DNA of 53,431 bases, taken from the NCBI GenBank assembly GCA_045612885.1, contig JAZKZZ010000009.1, positions 1 through 53,431 on the forward strand, read 5' to 3'. The notes beneath the pieces were generated by a model. It did not search any database. It was not told the origin of the DNA and was given only the letters and a program-made list of their open reading frames with translations. Positions 20,988-32,424 of the stretch are shown here, in pieces. The DNA comes from Bacilli bacterium (GTDB lineage: Bacteria; Bacillota_I; Bacilli_A; RFN20; DUOF01). Made by a program: the position numbers and the translations under genes. Each line of letters opens with the position of its first letter. Position 1 is the first letter of the stretch.

Positions 20988-21887
20988 ATGAATGAAGAAA
21001 TTAAAACAATTATTGAAGACATATTTTCTGATTTAAACAATGATAACGAGACTAACATTGATATTTTAGAACAAAAGAAAGAAAAATATAAAGATCATCC
21101 TCGATATAATAATATTTTAGATAAAATATTAATTAAAGAAAAAGAGTATTTATCTAAGGAAAATAAAGAAGCTTATGAAATAATGGTTAATACTTATGCA
21201 GAAAGTATAGAATATGGAATATCTTTAGCTAAAGAATATTTTGATAACTCTAAATTGGCGGATTGTAAAAAAGTGTTAGAGACTCTTATAAAATCTTTTT
21301 CTAGTAGTTATATTAATGATGAATTTGGTAATTGTGTTTATTTTAAGGATGATAAAGAAAGAGAAATGTTTGAATTAATTAATGAAGATGAAAGAATGGT
21401 GTTTGAATGTAAGATTAATAAAGGATATGTTTATTATATGTATGGAAGAATCTTATTAGAGGATAATAAAGTTAATGAAGCGTTATTATCATTTGATTTG
21501 GCGTATACATATTCACCGTTTCTAAATGAAGCATATTTCTTTAAAGCGTTATTATTAAAAGTTCATAAAAGATTTATAGAAACTAAAGAGATATTATTAA
21601 AAACTCATAATTATATTTATAAAGATATTGATTTAGCTGATTTTTATTATTTTGTAGGTAATTATTGTTATAAATTTATAAATAAAGAATATGAATATTT
21701 AATGTATCAAAAGAGTTATAGTTTGCATCCTAATCCAGAATTATATGAAGAATTAAAGGAATTAAAGCCAGTAGATAAAGATATTGAACTTGATGTTGAT
21801 TATTTTAATGAGGTGTGTATTAGGGAAGAGATTCCAACTGGATATCGAGATAAAATTAAATTATTTAAAGATATAAATAAAGATTAA
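20988..21887 (+). CDS. TPR-like protein
   Basis: Repeated YYxYG/AYFFKA/FYYFVG helical patterns typical of TPRs. Confidence 0.6.
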   Translation: MNEEIKTIIEDIFSDLNNDNETNIDILEQKKEKYKDHPRYNNILDKILIKEKEYLSKENKEAYEIMVNTYAESIEYGISLAKEYFDNSKLADCKKVLETLIKSFSSSYINDEFGNCVYFKDDKEREMFELINEDERMVFECKINKGYVYYMYGRILLEDNKVNEALLSFDLAYTYSPFLNEAYFFKALLLKVHKRFIETKEILLKTHNYIYKDIDLADFYYFVGNYCYKFINKEYEYLMYQKSYSLHPNPELYEELKELKPVDKDIELDVDYFNEVCIREEIPTGYRDKIKLFKDINKD

Positions 21888-21936
21888 TCCACTTAGGTGG
21901 ATTTTTTTATAATAAAAAAACCTCGTTTGAGGTTTT
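21886..21936. terminator. Two back-to-back terminators between convergent genes
   Basis: AATCCAC-ttag-GTGGATT+T-tract on +, and AAAAAAACCTC-gttt-GAGGTTTT serving the - strand. Confidence 0.7.
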
Positions 21937-23092
21937 AAATTAACGTGACATTTACAGTTACGTGATTATTGCCATTTAAATCACAATAAGTAATAGAGAC
22001 AGTATCTCCAGTCTTGTATTTATATAGTTCAATAGATAAATCTGAAAAAGTATAAACTTCTTTATTATTAATGTGAGTAATAATAGTTTTTTCTTTTAGA
22101 TTACTATTAGGATTAGTAACACCGTCTATATATAATCCATATGAATAATTAATTTCATATTCTTTTTTTTGTGCTAGAGAAATGGTTGCTATTGATATAG
22201 TAGATATTCCTATTTTAGGTCTAGAATAGATTTCGTCATTCATTAGAGTTGATGCTACTAATTCAAAATGATTGATAGGTATTGCAAAAGACATTCCCTC
22301 CACATCAAGTCCACCTTTTGAGGTCATTAATTTTAGGGTGTTTATTCCAATTAATTCACCTTTATAGTTAAATAAAGCTCCACCGCTATTACCAGGATTA
22401 AGTGCAGCATCAGTTTGAAGAAGATACATAGTAGTAGAAGACCCATCTTTATCATTATCTACATCTTCTTTGATATTTACTCCACTTATAATACCTTGAG
22501 TGATAGTGGAAGCATATTCTAATCCTAAAGGAGAGCCAATAGCAAAAACTGTTTCTCCAGGTTTTACTTCATTACTATCTCCTATAGACGCCACTAAATA
22601 GTTTGAAGTAGCAGGCTTATCTATTCTAATGATTGCTACATCTTCATTAACGTCGCTTGCTACTACAATTGCTTTATATCTAGAATAATCGCTTAAAATT
22701 ACCTCTGTTTCTACATTTTTTATAGTAGAAGAATTTTTAACACTTATTACATGAGCGTTTGTATAAATATATAAGTAATTTTCGCTCTCTTTAACAACCA
22801 CTCCACTTCCACTACTGTGTAATGAAGCTACATCATTGCTATTGGTAGTATATATTTCAATTGTAACTGTGGATTTCTTACATGTTTCATATAGTGTTTG
22901 TAAGGTAATACTTGTAATATTATCTGTATATGTTGTTTGTGGGTTTTGAAAGAACGCTTCAATCTTATCACTTATTGAAGGTTGCGTTATTGTATTATTT
23001 TGACCTGGTTCATATTTTGTTATTTGAATGTTACATCCACTCAACAAGGATGCACATAAAGGCATCATAAATAGCAGTTTTAGTTTTTTCAT
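21935..23092 (-). CDS. htrA: HtrA/DegP-family serine protease, lipoprotein
   Basis: Lipobox LLSGC, TNAHV, DVA, GNSGGAL, C-terminal PDZ. Confidence 0.9.
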   Translation of the reverse strand: MKKLKLLFMMPLCASLLSGCNIQITKYEPGQNNTITQPSISDKIEAFFQNPQTTYTDNITSITLQTLYETCKKSTVTIEIYTTNSNDVASLHSSGSGVVVKESENYLYIYTNAHVISVKNSSTIKNVETEVILSDYSRYKAIVVASDVNEDVAIIRIDKPATSNYLVASIGDSNEVKPGETVFAIGSPLGLEYASTITQGIISGVNIKEDVDNDKDGSSTTMYLLQTDAALNPGNSGGALFNYKGELIGINTLKLMTSKGGLDVEGMSFAIPINHFELVASTLMNDEIYSRPKIGISTISIATISLAQKKEYEINYSYGLYIDGVTNPNSNLKEKTIITHINNKEVYTFSDLSIELYKYKTGDTVSITYCDLNGNNHVTVNVTLI

Positions 23093-23227
23093 TGTTATAT
23101 CTCCTTAATAATAGACTACACTTATATTTTATTAAAATATAAATAAAAATAGAAAGAAATCGTAATTTTAATTTTAAATTCTCACATTATTATAAAAGAA
23201 TTTTCATATATTTATTTAGGTGAGATA

Positions 23228-23812
23228 ATGAATAAAATTTGGATTTTTATCTTTGTAGTATCTATTATTTATGGGTGTTTTACAGGAAGAGTGGAAAGTA
23301 TGTCTAATGCCATTTTAAATGTTCCTAAAGATACAATATCTTTGCTTGTTACATTAGTAGGAAGTGCATGCTTTTGGTCGGGAATTGTTAAGATTATGGA
23401 AAAGGCAGGAATAGTAAAATGGTTAACTAAAAAAATCAAGCCACTGTTTAGTCTAATTATGCCAAATTTTAAAGATGAAGAAGCCTTAGAGTATGTCTCA
23501 ACTAATATTGCTGCTAATGTGTTAGGATTAGGGTATGGAGCTACTCCAAGTGGATTAAAAGCGATAAAGAGAATGCAGGAATTAAATGTTGGAGATAAGA
23601 AAGAAGCAACAGATGAAATGGTAACATTTTTAGTATTAAACACAGCAGGAGTTACAATTATACCTACTACAGTTATTTCAATAAGAAGCGCATTAGGAAG
23701 TGTTAACCCCTCAGATATGATATTATTGCCAGTTATAGCCACCTTTACATCTTGTATTGCAGGATTAATTGTAGATTATTATTTTAGAAGAAGAAAACGA
23801 AGAATAAAATAA
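23228..23812 (+). CDS. spmA: Spore maturation protein A
   Basis: MNKIW, NIAANVLGLGYGATPSGLKA, FLVLNTAGVTIIPTT. Confidence 0.93.
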   Translation: MNKIWIFIFVVSIIYGCFTGRVESMSNAILNVPKDTISLLVTLVGSACFWSGIVKIMEKAGIVKWLTKKIKPLFSLIMPNFKDEEALEYVSTNIAANVLGLGYGATPSGLKAIKRMQELNVGDKKEATDEMVTFLVLNTAGVTIIPTTVISIRSALGSVNPSDMILLPVIATFTSCIAGLIVDYYFRRRKRRIK

Positions 23813-23872
23813 GTAAAATAAGGCATATATTTTTGTGAAAGGAAATATATGTTTTTATATTGGTAACGTATA

Positions 23873-24403
23873 ATGTGGATAAATAATATTAGTTATTTTA
23901 TAGTACCATTAATGGTACTTATAGTATTGATTATTGCAATAAGAAAGAAAGTTAATGCTTATGATTCTTTTTTAGAAGGAGCAAAAGAGGGAATGGGATT
24001 GATAAAGGAAGTTTTTCCTACTTTACTTGGAATGTTAGCGATTATTGCAACATTAAGAAGTTGTGGAATAATAAGTGATTTTGGAGAATTTTTATATAAG
24101 ATCCTTAATGTTGATAAAACAAATAGTGAATTAGTGCCACTTATTTTATTTAGACCGATATCCGGAAGTGCTTCTATATCAGTTTTTTCCAGTATATGTA
24201 GTGATTATGGAGCTGATTCTAGAGTGTGTAAAATAGGTAGTGTTATTCAAGGGAGTACTGATACAACTTTATATGTCTTATCACTATATTTTTCAAGTAT
24301 TGGTATTACTAAATGGAAGCATGCTTTAAAAGCAGGATTAGTCGCAGATGTGGTTGGAATAGGTGTTGGTGTATTCTTATCAATAGTCTTTTTAGGATTT
24401 TAA
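23873..24403 (+). CDS. spmB: Spore maturation protein B
   Basis: YDSFLEGAKEG, RPISGSAS, GSTDTTLYVLSLYF. Confidence 0.93.
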   Translation: MWINNISYFIVPLMVLIVLIIAIRKKVNAYDSFLEGAKEGMGLIKEVFPTLLGMLAIIATLRSCGIISDFGEFLYKILNVDKTNSELVPLILFRPISGSASISVFSSICSDYGADSRVCKIGSVIQGSTDTTLYVLSLYFSSIGITKWKHALKAGLVADVVGIGVGVFLSIVFLGF

Positions 24404-24469
24404 TTCTTAATAATGTATATGTGGCTCATATATAATATGTTTAAGAATATATCAATCGGAGGTAATATA

Positions 24470-24928
24470 ATGAAAAAATTAGGATTATATGCTTTAGCTC
24501 TTGCTAGTTTAGTAACAGTAGGAGGTTGTTCAAAGAAAGAGGAAGAGAGTTCAATAATAGGAGATTATGTTGTTAGTTATGTAAAAACAGAAGTTCCGGG
24601 TAACCCTGAGATGAGTAGAGTTATTGAGGGGTGTCCATCAGTATGTGTGCAGGATTTTCCTGAAATTCATAGTTTGTCGTGTAATTACAATCCATCGATC
24701 TCAGTAAATGATTTTTTCTTCCATGCTAGCATAATTAAAATTTCTAATGTGGAATATTTTGTAGATGGAGAAGGGGCAATATATTTAAAATTAGAAAATC
24801 ACCATGATTATTACACTAAATCATCATTCACATATAAAGATGATGGAAAAATTTATTTACAAGATGAAGGGGAAACACGCTCTGGCGATGAATACACATA
24901 TACAATAGTATTTGAAAAGCGTAAATAA
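24470..24928 (+). CDS. Hypothetical lipoprotein
   Basis: MKKLGLYALALASLVTVGGC lipobox; RBS GGAGG before ATG 24470. Confidence 0.75.
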   Translation: MKKLGLYALALASLVTVGGCSKKEEESSIIGDYVVSYVKTEVPGNPEMSRVIEGCPSVCVQDFPEIHSLSCNYNPSISVNDFFFHASIIKISNVEYFVDGEGAIYLKLENHHDYYTKSSFTYKDDGKIYLQDEGETRSGDEYTYTIVFEKRK

Positions 24929-25011
24929 AAAAATCTGTAAGTGATTTAATAAAAGTAGACAGAAAAAAGAACTAGTCTACTTTTTTCTTTACTAGTTCTT
25001 TATGTTAATAG

Positions 25012-25317
25012 TTATTCAATATTTGGATATTTTTCTTGTAATCTTTGATAAGCTTTAGAGTGTAATGTTAAAGACGTTTTCTTTAACTCTTCGACTTTGC
25101 TAGCATCTCTTACATCTTTTAATATATAGTCACCATTCATCTCTACAAGTTCAGATATTAGTACTCTAAATTTATTTGTCTTAGTAAGTAAATAATCTGT
25201 GTAAACAATATATACTTGTCCTGTATCATTGTCAGATATAATGGAGATAACATCACATTTAACTTCCATTCCTTGGTCATTAATTATTGTAAAACTGTAA
25301 TCATCTAAAGAATTCAT
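25012..25317 (-). CDS. DUF1292-family protein
   Basis: FTIINDQGMEVKCDVI...TGQVYIVYTD pattern. Confidence 0.65.
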   Translation of the reverse strand: MNSLDDYSFTIINDQGMEVKCDVISIISDNDTGQVYIVYTDYLLTKTNKFRVLISELVEMNGDYILKDVRDASKVEELKKTSLTLHSKAYQRLQEKYPNIE

Positions 25318-25327
25318 CGTATTCCTC

Positions 25328-25921
25328 CTATCTTACTTCTTGTTTCTTTGATTTAAGTAATTCGCTATTTAAAATTCCACTTCCTATTTTATTAATAAGT
25401 GTATAGTGATTGATTAAAGATGTGTCAAGTTCATAATGATCGTTAGTATATGCTAAAACATTATCTTTACTCATAATTATTTGCGTGTTGAATTTATATT
25501 TTTGATCAAAAGATTTAACTTTACAAGGTAATACTAATGAGTCTTCTAAGACAACAGCTTTTTTAATCGTTAACATTTTCTTTAATGCATCAATATTTAC
25601 AAGTGAATATTTTCCTTCACTTAGAGAATTGTTTGAGCGTGATAAAGATTTAATTCTTAGTGCCATATCAAAAGGGATAACATTATTCTCTTTTAATTCA
25701 CTTGCTCCTAGAAGTGCTTCTTGTAAGTGGATAATATGATTAGATAAACATTTTTTTATTAACTCTTCATAATATCTTTTTTCTTCTATATCAGTTGTTA
25801 AGGATAATGAATTCCTTAATGCTTTTATATATCTTCCACAATTTTCTAAATTCGGGTTAGAGCGGTAGATAACATATGCGATATTTTCTAAACATTTATT
25901 ACGCTTTAGTTCAATAGACAT
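25328..25921 (-). CDS. Hypothetical protein downstream of DnaA-box cluster
   Basis: Open frame; ATG at 25921 follows RBS GAGGGTG. Confidence 0.7.
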   Translation of the reverse strand: MSIELKRNKCLENIAYVIYRSNPNLENCGRYIKALRNSLSLTTDIEEKRYYEELIKKCLSNHIIHLQEALLGASELKENNVIPFDMALRIKSLSRSNNSLSEGKYSLVNIDALKKMLTIKKAVVLEDSLVLPCKVKSFDQKYKFNTQIIMSKDNVLAYTNDHYELDTSLINHYTLINKIGSGILNSELLKSKKQEVR

Positions 25922-25945
25922 GATAATCACCCTCTTATATTTAAA

Positions 25946-26163
25946 TTATACACAAAGTCAACACCCTCAACAACATTTTAGGCATAACTGTGGAAAGTGT
26001 GGATAATTAGTGTGTTTTCAGGTGAATTTGTGGATGTATGTGATAAATTATTGAATAACGTGTAGATAATCGCTATATCTAATGATAAAAAAAGATACAG
26101 ACTAAATAAAAATCTCTATCTTTATATATAAATATTTTTAGTTTTCTCCAGATTTGTGGATAT
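25946..26163. promoter_or_regulatory. DnaA-box cluster
   Basis: TTATACACA 25946, TGTGGAAAG 25989, TGTGGATAA 25998, TGTGGATGT 26029, TGTAGATAA 26061, TGTGGATAT 26155. Confidence 0.7.
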
Positions 26164-26166
26164 CTA

Positions 26167-26787
26167 TTAATCCCTAAGTGAAAATTTGCAACCGCAGTAA
26201 TTTTGAGAATACATTTTTGTGGATTTTATAATTTGTTGAGCTTTTTCAAGTCCTTTTTCTTTTTTGAAATTACTGTATAAGTAAGTTATATTACTATATT
26301 TAGATGCATATCCTTCAAGAATCTTATTAATCATTTCTTCGCTTTTTTGTCTTGAAATTGTCATTACTGAACAAACGTATTCATAGTTATTTAAAGACGC
26401 ATATTCACATAGTTGTTTGTAACGCATTGCATAACAAGAATAACATCTATAACTACCCTCTTTATCATCTTTTCTTTTTTCAAGAATTTGAGTAAATTTA
26501 TCATTTTGGTATTCTGCAACTATGATGTTAATGTTGCAATTATGTTGAGAATTTATATTATCGACATATTCTTGAAGAGTTTTTAATCTCAAATCAAATT
26601 CACTTTTAGGATAAATATTTGAATTATTATAATAAATGGTTATATTAAAATAATCTTTTAAGACTAAAAGCGGATAACATGAGCATGGAGCGCAACAAGA
26701 ATGAAGAAGTAAAGAGGGTTTATAATTTAGCTTTTTAACTTCTTCGATTTGATTTAAAAATCTTTGATAATTTGTGTACATTTTCAT
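26167..26787 (-). CDS. queH: Epoxyqueuosine reductase QueH (DUF208)
   Basis: LLHSCCAPCS, RCYSCY, QNYCGC; in operon with queA and tgt. Confidence 0.9.
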   Translation of the reverse strand: MKMYTNYQRFLNQIEEVKKLNYKPSLLLHSCCAPCSCYPLLVLKDYFNITIYYNNSNIYPKSEFDLRLKTLQEYVDNINSQHNCNINIIVAEYQNDKFTQILEKRKDDKEGSYRCYSCYAMRYKQLCEYASLNNYEYVCSVMTISRQKSEEMINKILEGYASKYSNITYLYSNFKKEKGLEKAQQIIKSTKMYSQNYCGCKFSLRD

Positions 26788-26788
26788 G

Positions 26789-27808
26789 TTATTTAATAAA
26801 CATAGCATCTCCGAAAGAGAAAAATCTATATTTTTCTTTTACTGCGTGAGCATATGCCTCCATAATATTTTCTTTTCCTGCAAGTGCGCTTACTAACATG
26901 ATCAAAGTTGATTTAGGTAAGTGAAAGTTAGTTATTAGAGCATCCACGGCTTTAAATTTATATCCAGGATAAATAAATATATCGCTTTCTTCATGGCATT
27001 CTCTAAACTCATTATATTTAGACATGATTGTTTCAAGCACTCTAGTAGAAGTAGTTCCTACTGCGATTATTCTTTTGTTATCTTGTTTTGCTTTGTTTAA
27101 TTTGTCTGCTACTTCTTTAGACATGAAATATTCTTCTTTGTGCATAACGTGATTTTTAACATCATCAACTTTTACTGGACGAAATGTTCCTAATCCGACA
27201 TGCAAAGTAACATCTAGAACTTCAACGCCTTTTTCTTCTAGTTTTTTAAATATCTCATCATTGAAATGAAGTCCTGCTGTTGGAGCAGCAGCGCTACCAT
27301 TATACTTTGCGTAAACTGTTTGATATCTTTCTTTATCTTGAAGAGATTCTTTAATATATGGAGGAAGTGGCATGTTTCCAACTTCATTTAACACTTCAAG
27401 AAATATTCCTTCACATTCAAATTTTAAAATTCTTATTCCTTCATCTTTTATTTCTAAACATGTAGCTTTTAATTTATCACCAAAATTGATAACAGTTCCT
27501 ATTTTTACTACTCTAGCATTACCTACTAGACATTCATATGTATCTTTTATTTGTTTTAATAATAAAACCTCAACATGTGCTCCAGTATCTTGTTTAACTC
27601 CAAATATTCTAGCAGGTATTACTCTAGTGTTGTTTCTAACTAAAATATCACCTTTATTTAAATAATCAACTATATCATAAAAATGTTTATCTTCATATTT
27701 TCCAATTTCTTTATCTAACACTAATAGTTTTGATGTATCTCTTTTTAGTAAAGGAGTTTGTGCAATTAGTTCTTCAGGTAAGTAATAATCAAAATCATCT
27801 GTTCTCAT
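26789..27808 (-). CDS. queA: S-adenosylmethionine:tRNA ribosyltransferase-isomerase
   Basis: [48 protein letters not shown]. Confidence 0.97.
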   Translation of the reverse strand: MRTDDFDYYLPEELIAQTPLLKRDTSKLLVLDKEIGKYEDKHFYDIVDYLNKGDILVRNNTRVIPARIFGVKQDTGAHVEVLLLKQIKDTYECLVGNARVVKIGTVINFGDKLKATCLEIKDEGIRILKFECEGIFLEVLNEVGNMPLPPYIKESLQDKERYQTVYAKYNGSAAAPTAGLHFNDEIFKKLEEKGVEVLDVTLHVGLGTFRPVKVDDVKNHVMHKEEYFMSKEVADKLNKAKQDNKRIIAVGTTSTRVLETIMSKYNEFRECHEESDIFIYPGYKFKAVDALITNFHLPKSTLIMLVSALAGKENIMEAYAHAVKEKYRFFSFGDAMFIK

Positions 27809-27810
27809 AA

Positions 27811-29067
<1,257 letters not shown>

Positions 29068-29140
29068 TTAGATGGAAATAAGATGATTTAAATGAATTGA
29101 ATAAATAAAAAAAGCACTTTACAGTGCTTAATTTAAACAA

Positions 29141-29335
29141 TTATTCAGTCTCAATAGCAGCTACTGGACAGCTGTCTGCAGCTTCTTGAACACTATCTTC
29201 TGTACCAGCAGGAACTTCCCCACCAAGAATATTTTCTGCTAATCCATCATCAGTAAAACCAAATACTTCACTAGCTACAGAAGTACATAGTCCACAACCG
29301 ATACATACATCTTTTTTTACTATTGCTTTTTTCAT
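29141..29335 (-). CDS. fer: Ferredoxin (single cluster)
   Basis: CIGCGLC...CPVAAI. Confidence 0.9.
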   Translation of the reverse strand: MKKAIVKKDVCIGCGLCTSVASEVFGFTDDGLAENILGGEVPAGTEDSVQEAADSCPVAAIETE

Positions 29336-29442
29336 TATATATCCTCCAATATGAAATTATTATAAAGTAATGAATATTTATTTGCAATAAAAGGTAAATT
29401 AAAATATACTTATGTATATATAAGTATGTTCATAATTGGAAG

Positions 29443-30018
29443 GTGAAGTTTATGGCAAAGTCTCGTGTAGAAAAAAATAAAACATTATATGATGAATTAG
29501 AACTAGAAGCGTTTGAACTAGAAGATATTACAAGTACTTCAAATAATGAGGGGAATCTAGTAGAAGAGCCTAAGATAGAAACTCCTAAGGTAGAAAAATC
29601 TACAAAGGTTGTAAAAAAGGAAGAAATGCTTCCAGTAGTAAAAAAAGAAAAAAAGCATGAAGTAGCGGTTGTTAAAGAAAAACAAAAGAAAAAAGATGTT
29701 ATTGAAGAGGAATTTATTGTAGAACAACCTATTAGCTATACTGATAAACTTTCTGTTGAAGAAATTCTTAGGGCAAAATTAGAAAAACAACAACAATTAA
29801 AGAATGATAAAAGGGTGTACAAAAAATCACCTATAACAGAAACTTATACTCCTGAAATGATGCAAAAAAATATTAATCAAAAAGAGGGTATAGATATTAG
29901 AAAAGAAGCTAACATTAAAGTGAAAAAAAATAACAATGGCGTTGTTGCTTTTCTTGTTTTATTGCTTATGGCTGTAGTTGCTGCCGGTGTTATTGCAGCA
30001 TATGTAATTTGGAAATAA
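29443..30018 (+). CDS. Charged hypothetical protein with C-terminal TM anchor
   Basis: E/K-rich body, hydrophobic C-terminus VVAFLVLLLMAVVAAGVIAAYVIW. Confidence 0.75.
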   Translation: MKFMAKSRVEKNKTLYDELELEAFELEDITSTSNNEGNLVEEPKIETPKVEKSTKVVKKEEMLPVVKKEKKHEVAVVKEKQKKKDVIEEEFIVEQPISYTDKLSVEEILRAKLEKQQQLKNDKRVYKKSPITETYTPEMMQKNINQKEGIDIRKEANIKVKKNNNGVVAFLVLLLMAVVAAGVIAAYVIWK

Positions 30019-30060
30019 AAGTACTGCGAAGTACTTTTTTAATGTGAAGGGAGGATTTGT

Positions 30061-30723
30061 GTGAAAAAGATTAATATTGCAATCGATGGTGTAGCGGGTA
30101 GTGGAAAGTCCACTGTAGCAAGACTGGTAGCAGAAAAATTAGGTTATACTTATATTGACACTGGTAGTATGTATCGTTGTGTTGCGTATTTATTAGTAAA
30201 ACATAATGTAAAACCTTCAAGTGAAGAAGAATTTAAAAATCTTTTATTTAATAATTATGAGTATGAATATAAAGATTATAAAGTGTTTTTTAATGGCGAA
30301 GATGTAACTTTAAAAATAAGAAGCAATGAAGTAAATGAAATGTTGCCAAGCATAGTTGCTATTCCATTTGTAAGAAAGTTTTTAGTGGAAAAACAACAAA
30401 AAATGGGAGAGAAAAAAGGAATTGTGATGGATGGAAGAGATATTACTAGTGTTGTATTAAAAGATGCTGAACTTAAAATATATCAAACTGCCACCATTAA
30501 ATCACGTGCTGATCGTAGATATAAAGAAAACTCAGAAAAAGGTATAGAGAGTAATTATGATGAAATCTATAACAATTTATTAATACGAGATTACACAGAT
30601 ACTTATGTATCTAAAGCATTAGTAAAAGTAGATGATGCAATAGAATTAGATACCACAGATATGAGTATCAATGAAGTCGTAGATACTATTTTAAATTTAG
30701 CAATGGAGAAGGTGAAAGAATGA
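30061..30723 (+). CDS. cmk: Cytidylate kinase
   Basis: IAIDGVAGSGKST, DTGSMYR, MDGRDI. Confidence 0.95.
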   Translation: MKKINIAIDGVAGSGKSTVARLVAEKLGYTYIDTGSMYRCVAYLLVKHNVKPSSEEEFKNLLFNNYEYEYKDYKVFFNGEDVTLKIRSNEVNEMLPSIVAIPFVRKFLVEKQQKMGEKKGIVMDGRDITSVVLKDAELKIYQTATIKSRADRRYKENSEKGIESNYDEIYNNLLIRDYTDTYVSKALVKVDDAIELDTTDMSINEVVDTILNLAMEKVKE

Positions 30724-32030
30724 TTGAAGCAGTAGTAGCGTTTATAGGTAAACCAAATGTGGGAAAGTCTACCATATTTAATAGAATAATTGGTGAGAGA
30801 AAATCCATTATTGAAGATACCCCAGGAGTTACTAGAGACAGATTATATTCTAAAGCTAGTTGGTTAAATAAAGAGTTTAGAGTAATTGATACGGGTGGAA
30901 TTGAATTAAAAGATGCACCTTTCCAAGAACTAATTAGAATGCAAGCAATGATTGCTATAGAAGAGGCTGATATCATTGTTTATATTGGTGATGGTAAAGT
31001 AGGGTGTGATAAGGATGATATGTATATTGCATCATTACTTAAAAAGAGTAAAAAGAAAGTGATTTTAGCAGTTAATAAGATTGATGATGGTAGTAAATTG
31101 ACTAATATTTATGATTTCTATTCTTTGGGATTAGGAGATCCTATTGCCATTAGTGGTATTCATGGAGTAGGTATTGGAGATTTACTTGATGAAATTATAA
31201 AGAATTTACCTAATAAGGATTATGTTGAATATGAAGGAAGCGTTAAGTTTTCTTTTATTGGTAGACCAAATGTAGGGAAATCTAGTTTAACTAATGCTAT
31301 TTTAGGAGAAGAAAGAGTAATTGTATCAAATATAGAAGGTACAACTAGAGATGCAATCGATACTGAATTTGTTAGAGATGGTGTTAGTTATGTAGCTATT
31401 GATACAGCAGGATTAAAGAAAAAAGGAAAGATTTTTGAATCAATTGATAAATATGCTGCAATTAGAGCGTTAGGGGCAATTGATAGAAGTGATGTATGTT
31501 GTATTGTAATTGATGGTAAAGAAGGAATTAAAGAGCAAGATAAACATGTAGTAGGATATGCACACGAAGCAGGTAAGGCTATTGTTATTGTAGTTAATAA
31601 ATGGGATGCTGTTAGTAAAGATACTCACACTATGGCTTTATTTGAAAAAGAGATTAGAAATCAATTCAAGTTTTTAAGTTATGCTCCAATAGTATTTGTT
31701 AGTGCATTAAAAGGAGATAGAATTGACACATTATTTAAGGCTATTAAAACATGCTATGATTCTTATACAAAGAGAATTTCTACTAGCGTATTAAACGATG
31801 TATTATTAGAGGCAATAGTAAGAACTCCTCCGGTTGAATTTAATGGTGGAATACTAAAGATTTTATATGCTAATCAAGCGGAAACTATGCCACCACAATT
31901 TATTTTGTTTGTAAATGATCCTAAATATCTACACTTTTCATATCAAAGATTTATTGAAAACAAATTAAGAGATGCATTTGGTTTTGAAGGAACACCTATA
32001 ATTATAAAATGTAGAAGCAAGAAGGAATAA
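30720..32030 (+). CDS. der: Ribosome biogenesis GTPase Der/EngA
   Basis: Two G domains (GKPNVGKS, GRPNVGKS), DTGG/DTAG, NKID/NKWD, FGFEGTPI. Confidence 0.97.
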   Translation: MIEAVVAFIGKPNVGKSTIFNRIIGERKSIIEDTPGVTRDRLYSKASWLNKEFRVIDTGGIELKDAPFQELIRMQAMIAIEEADIIVYIGDGKVGCDKDDMYIASLLKKSKKKVILAVNKIDDGSKLTNIYDFYSLGLGDPIAISGIHGVGIGDLLDEIIKNLPNKDYVEYEGSVKFSFIGRPNVGKSSLTNAILGEERVIVSNIEGTTRDAIDTEFVRDGVSYVAIDTAGLKKKGKIFESIDKYAAIRALGAIDRSDVCCIVIDGKEGIKEQDKHVVGYAHEAGKAIVIVVNKWDAVSKDTHTMALFEKEIRNQFKFLSYAPIVFVSALKGDRIDTLFKAIKTCYDSYTKRISTSVLNDVLLEAIVRTPPVEFNGGILKILYANQAETMPPQFILFVNDPKYLHFSYQRFIENKLRDAFGFEGTPIIIKCRSKKE

Positions 32031-32091
32031 GTGCTAATTGATTGACTTTATTCGACAAATAATATAATTTGATTATAGGGAGGAAGACGAA

Positions 32092-32424
32092 ATGATTAAA
32101 GAAAGAAATATTATTGTATGTATTATCCTAACATTTGTTACTTGTGGACTTTATGGAATTTATTGGATGATCGCAATACAAGATGAAAGCTTGAGAGCAG
32201 CTAAAGAAGAAGGACCATCAGGATTAGTTGTATTCTTATTAACTTTAATTACTTGTGGTATCTATGGTATCTATTGGGCATATGTATTAGGTAACAGAGT
32301 TGATACAATTAAAGGTAAAGATGGTAATAGTGGAATTATCTTTGTATTATTATCTTTATTAGGATTCAGCATTGTTAATAACTGCATCGCACAAGCTGCT
32401 ATTAATACAAGAGCTAATGCATAA
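32092..32424 (+). CDS. DUF4234-family membrane protein
   Basis: Duplicated LTxxTCGxYGIYW motif. Confidence 0.8.
   Translation: MIKERNIIVCIILTFVTCGLYGIYWMIAIQDESLRAAKEEGPSGLVVFLLTLITCGIYGIYWAYVLGNRVDTIKGKDGNSGIIFVLLSLLGFSIVNNCIAQAAINTRANA

Noticed and set aside
25946-26163. oriC
   Set aside because: No dnaA/dnaN nearby, no DnaA-trio run after the tandem boxes, and no switch in dominant gene orientation across the window.
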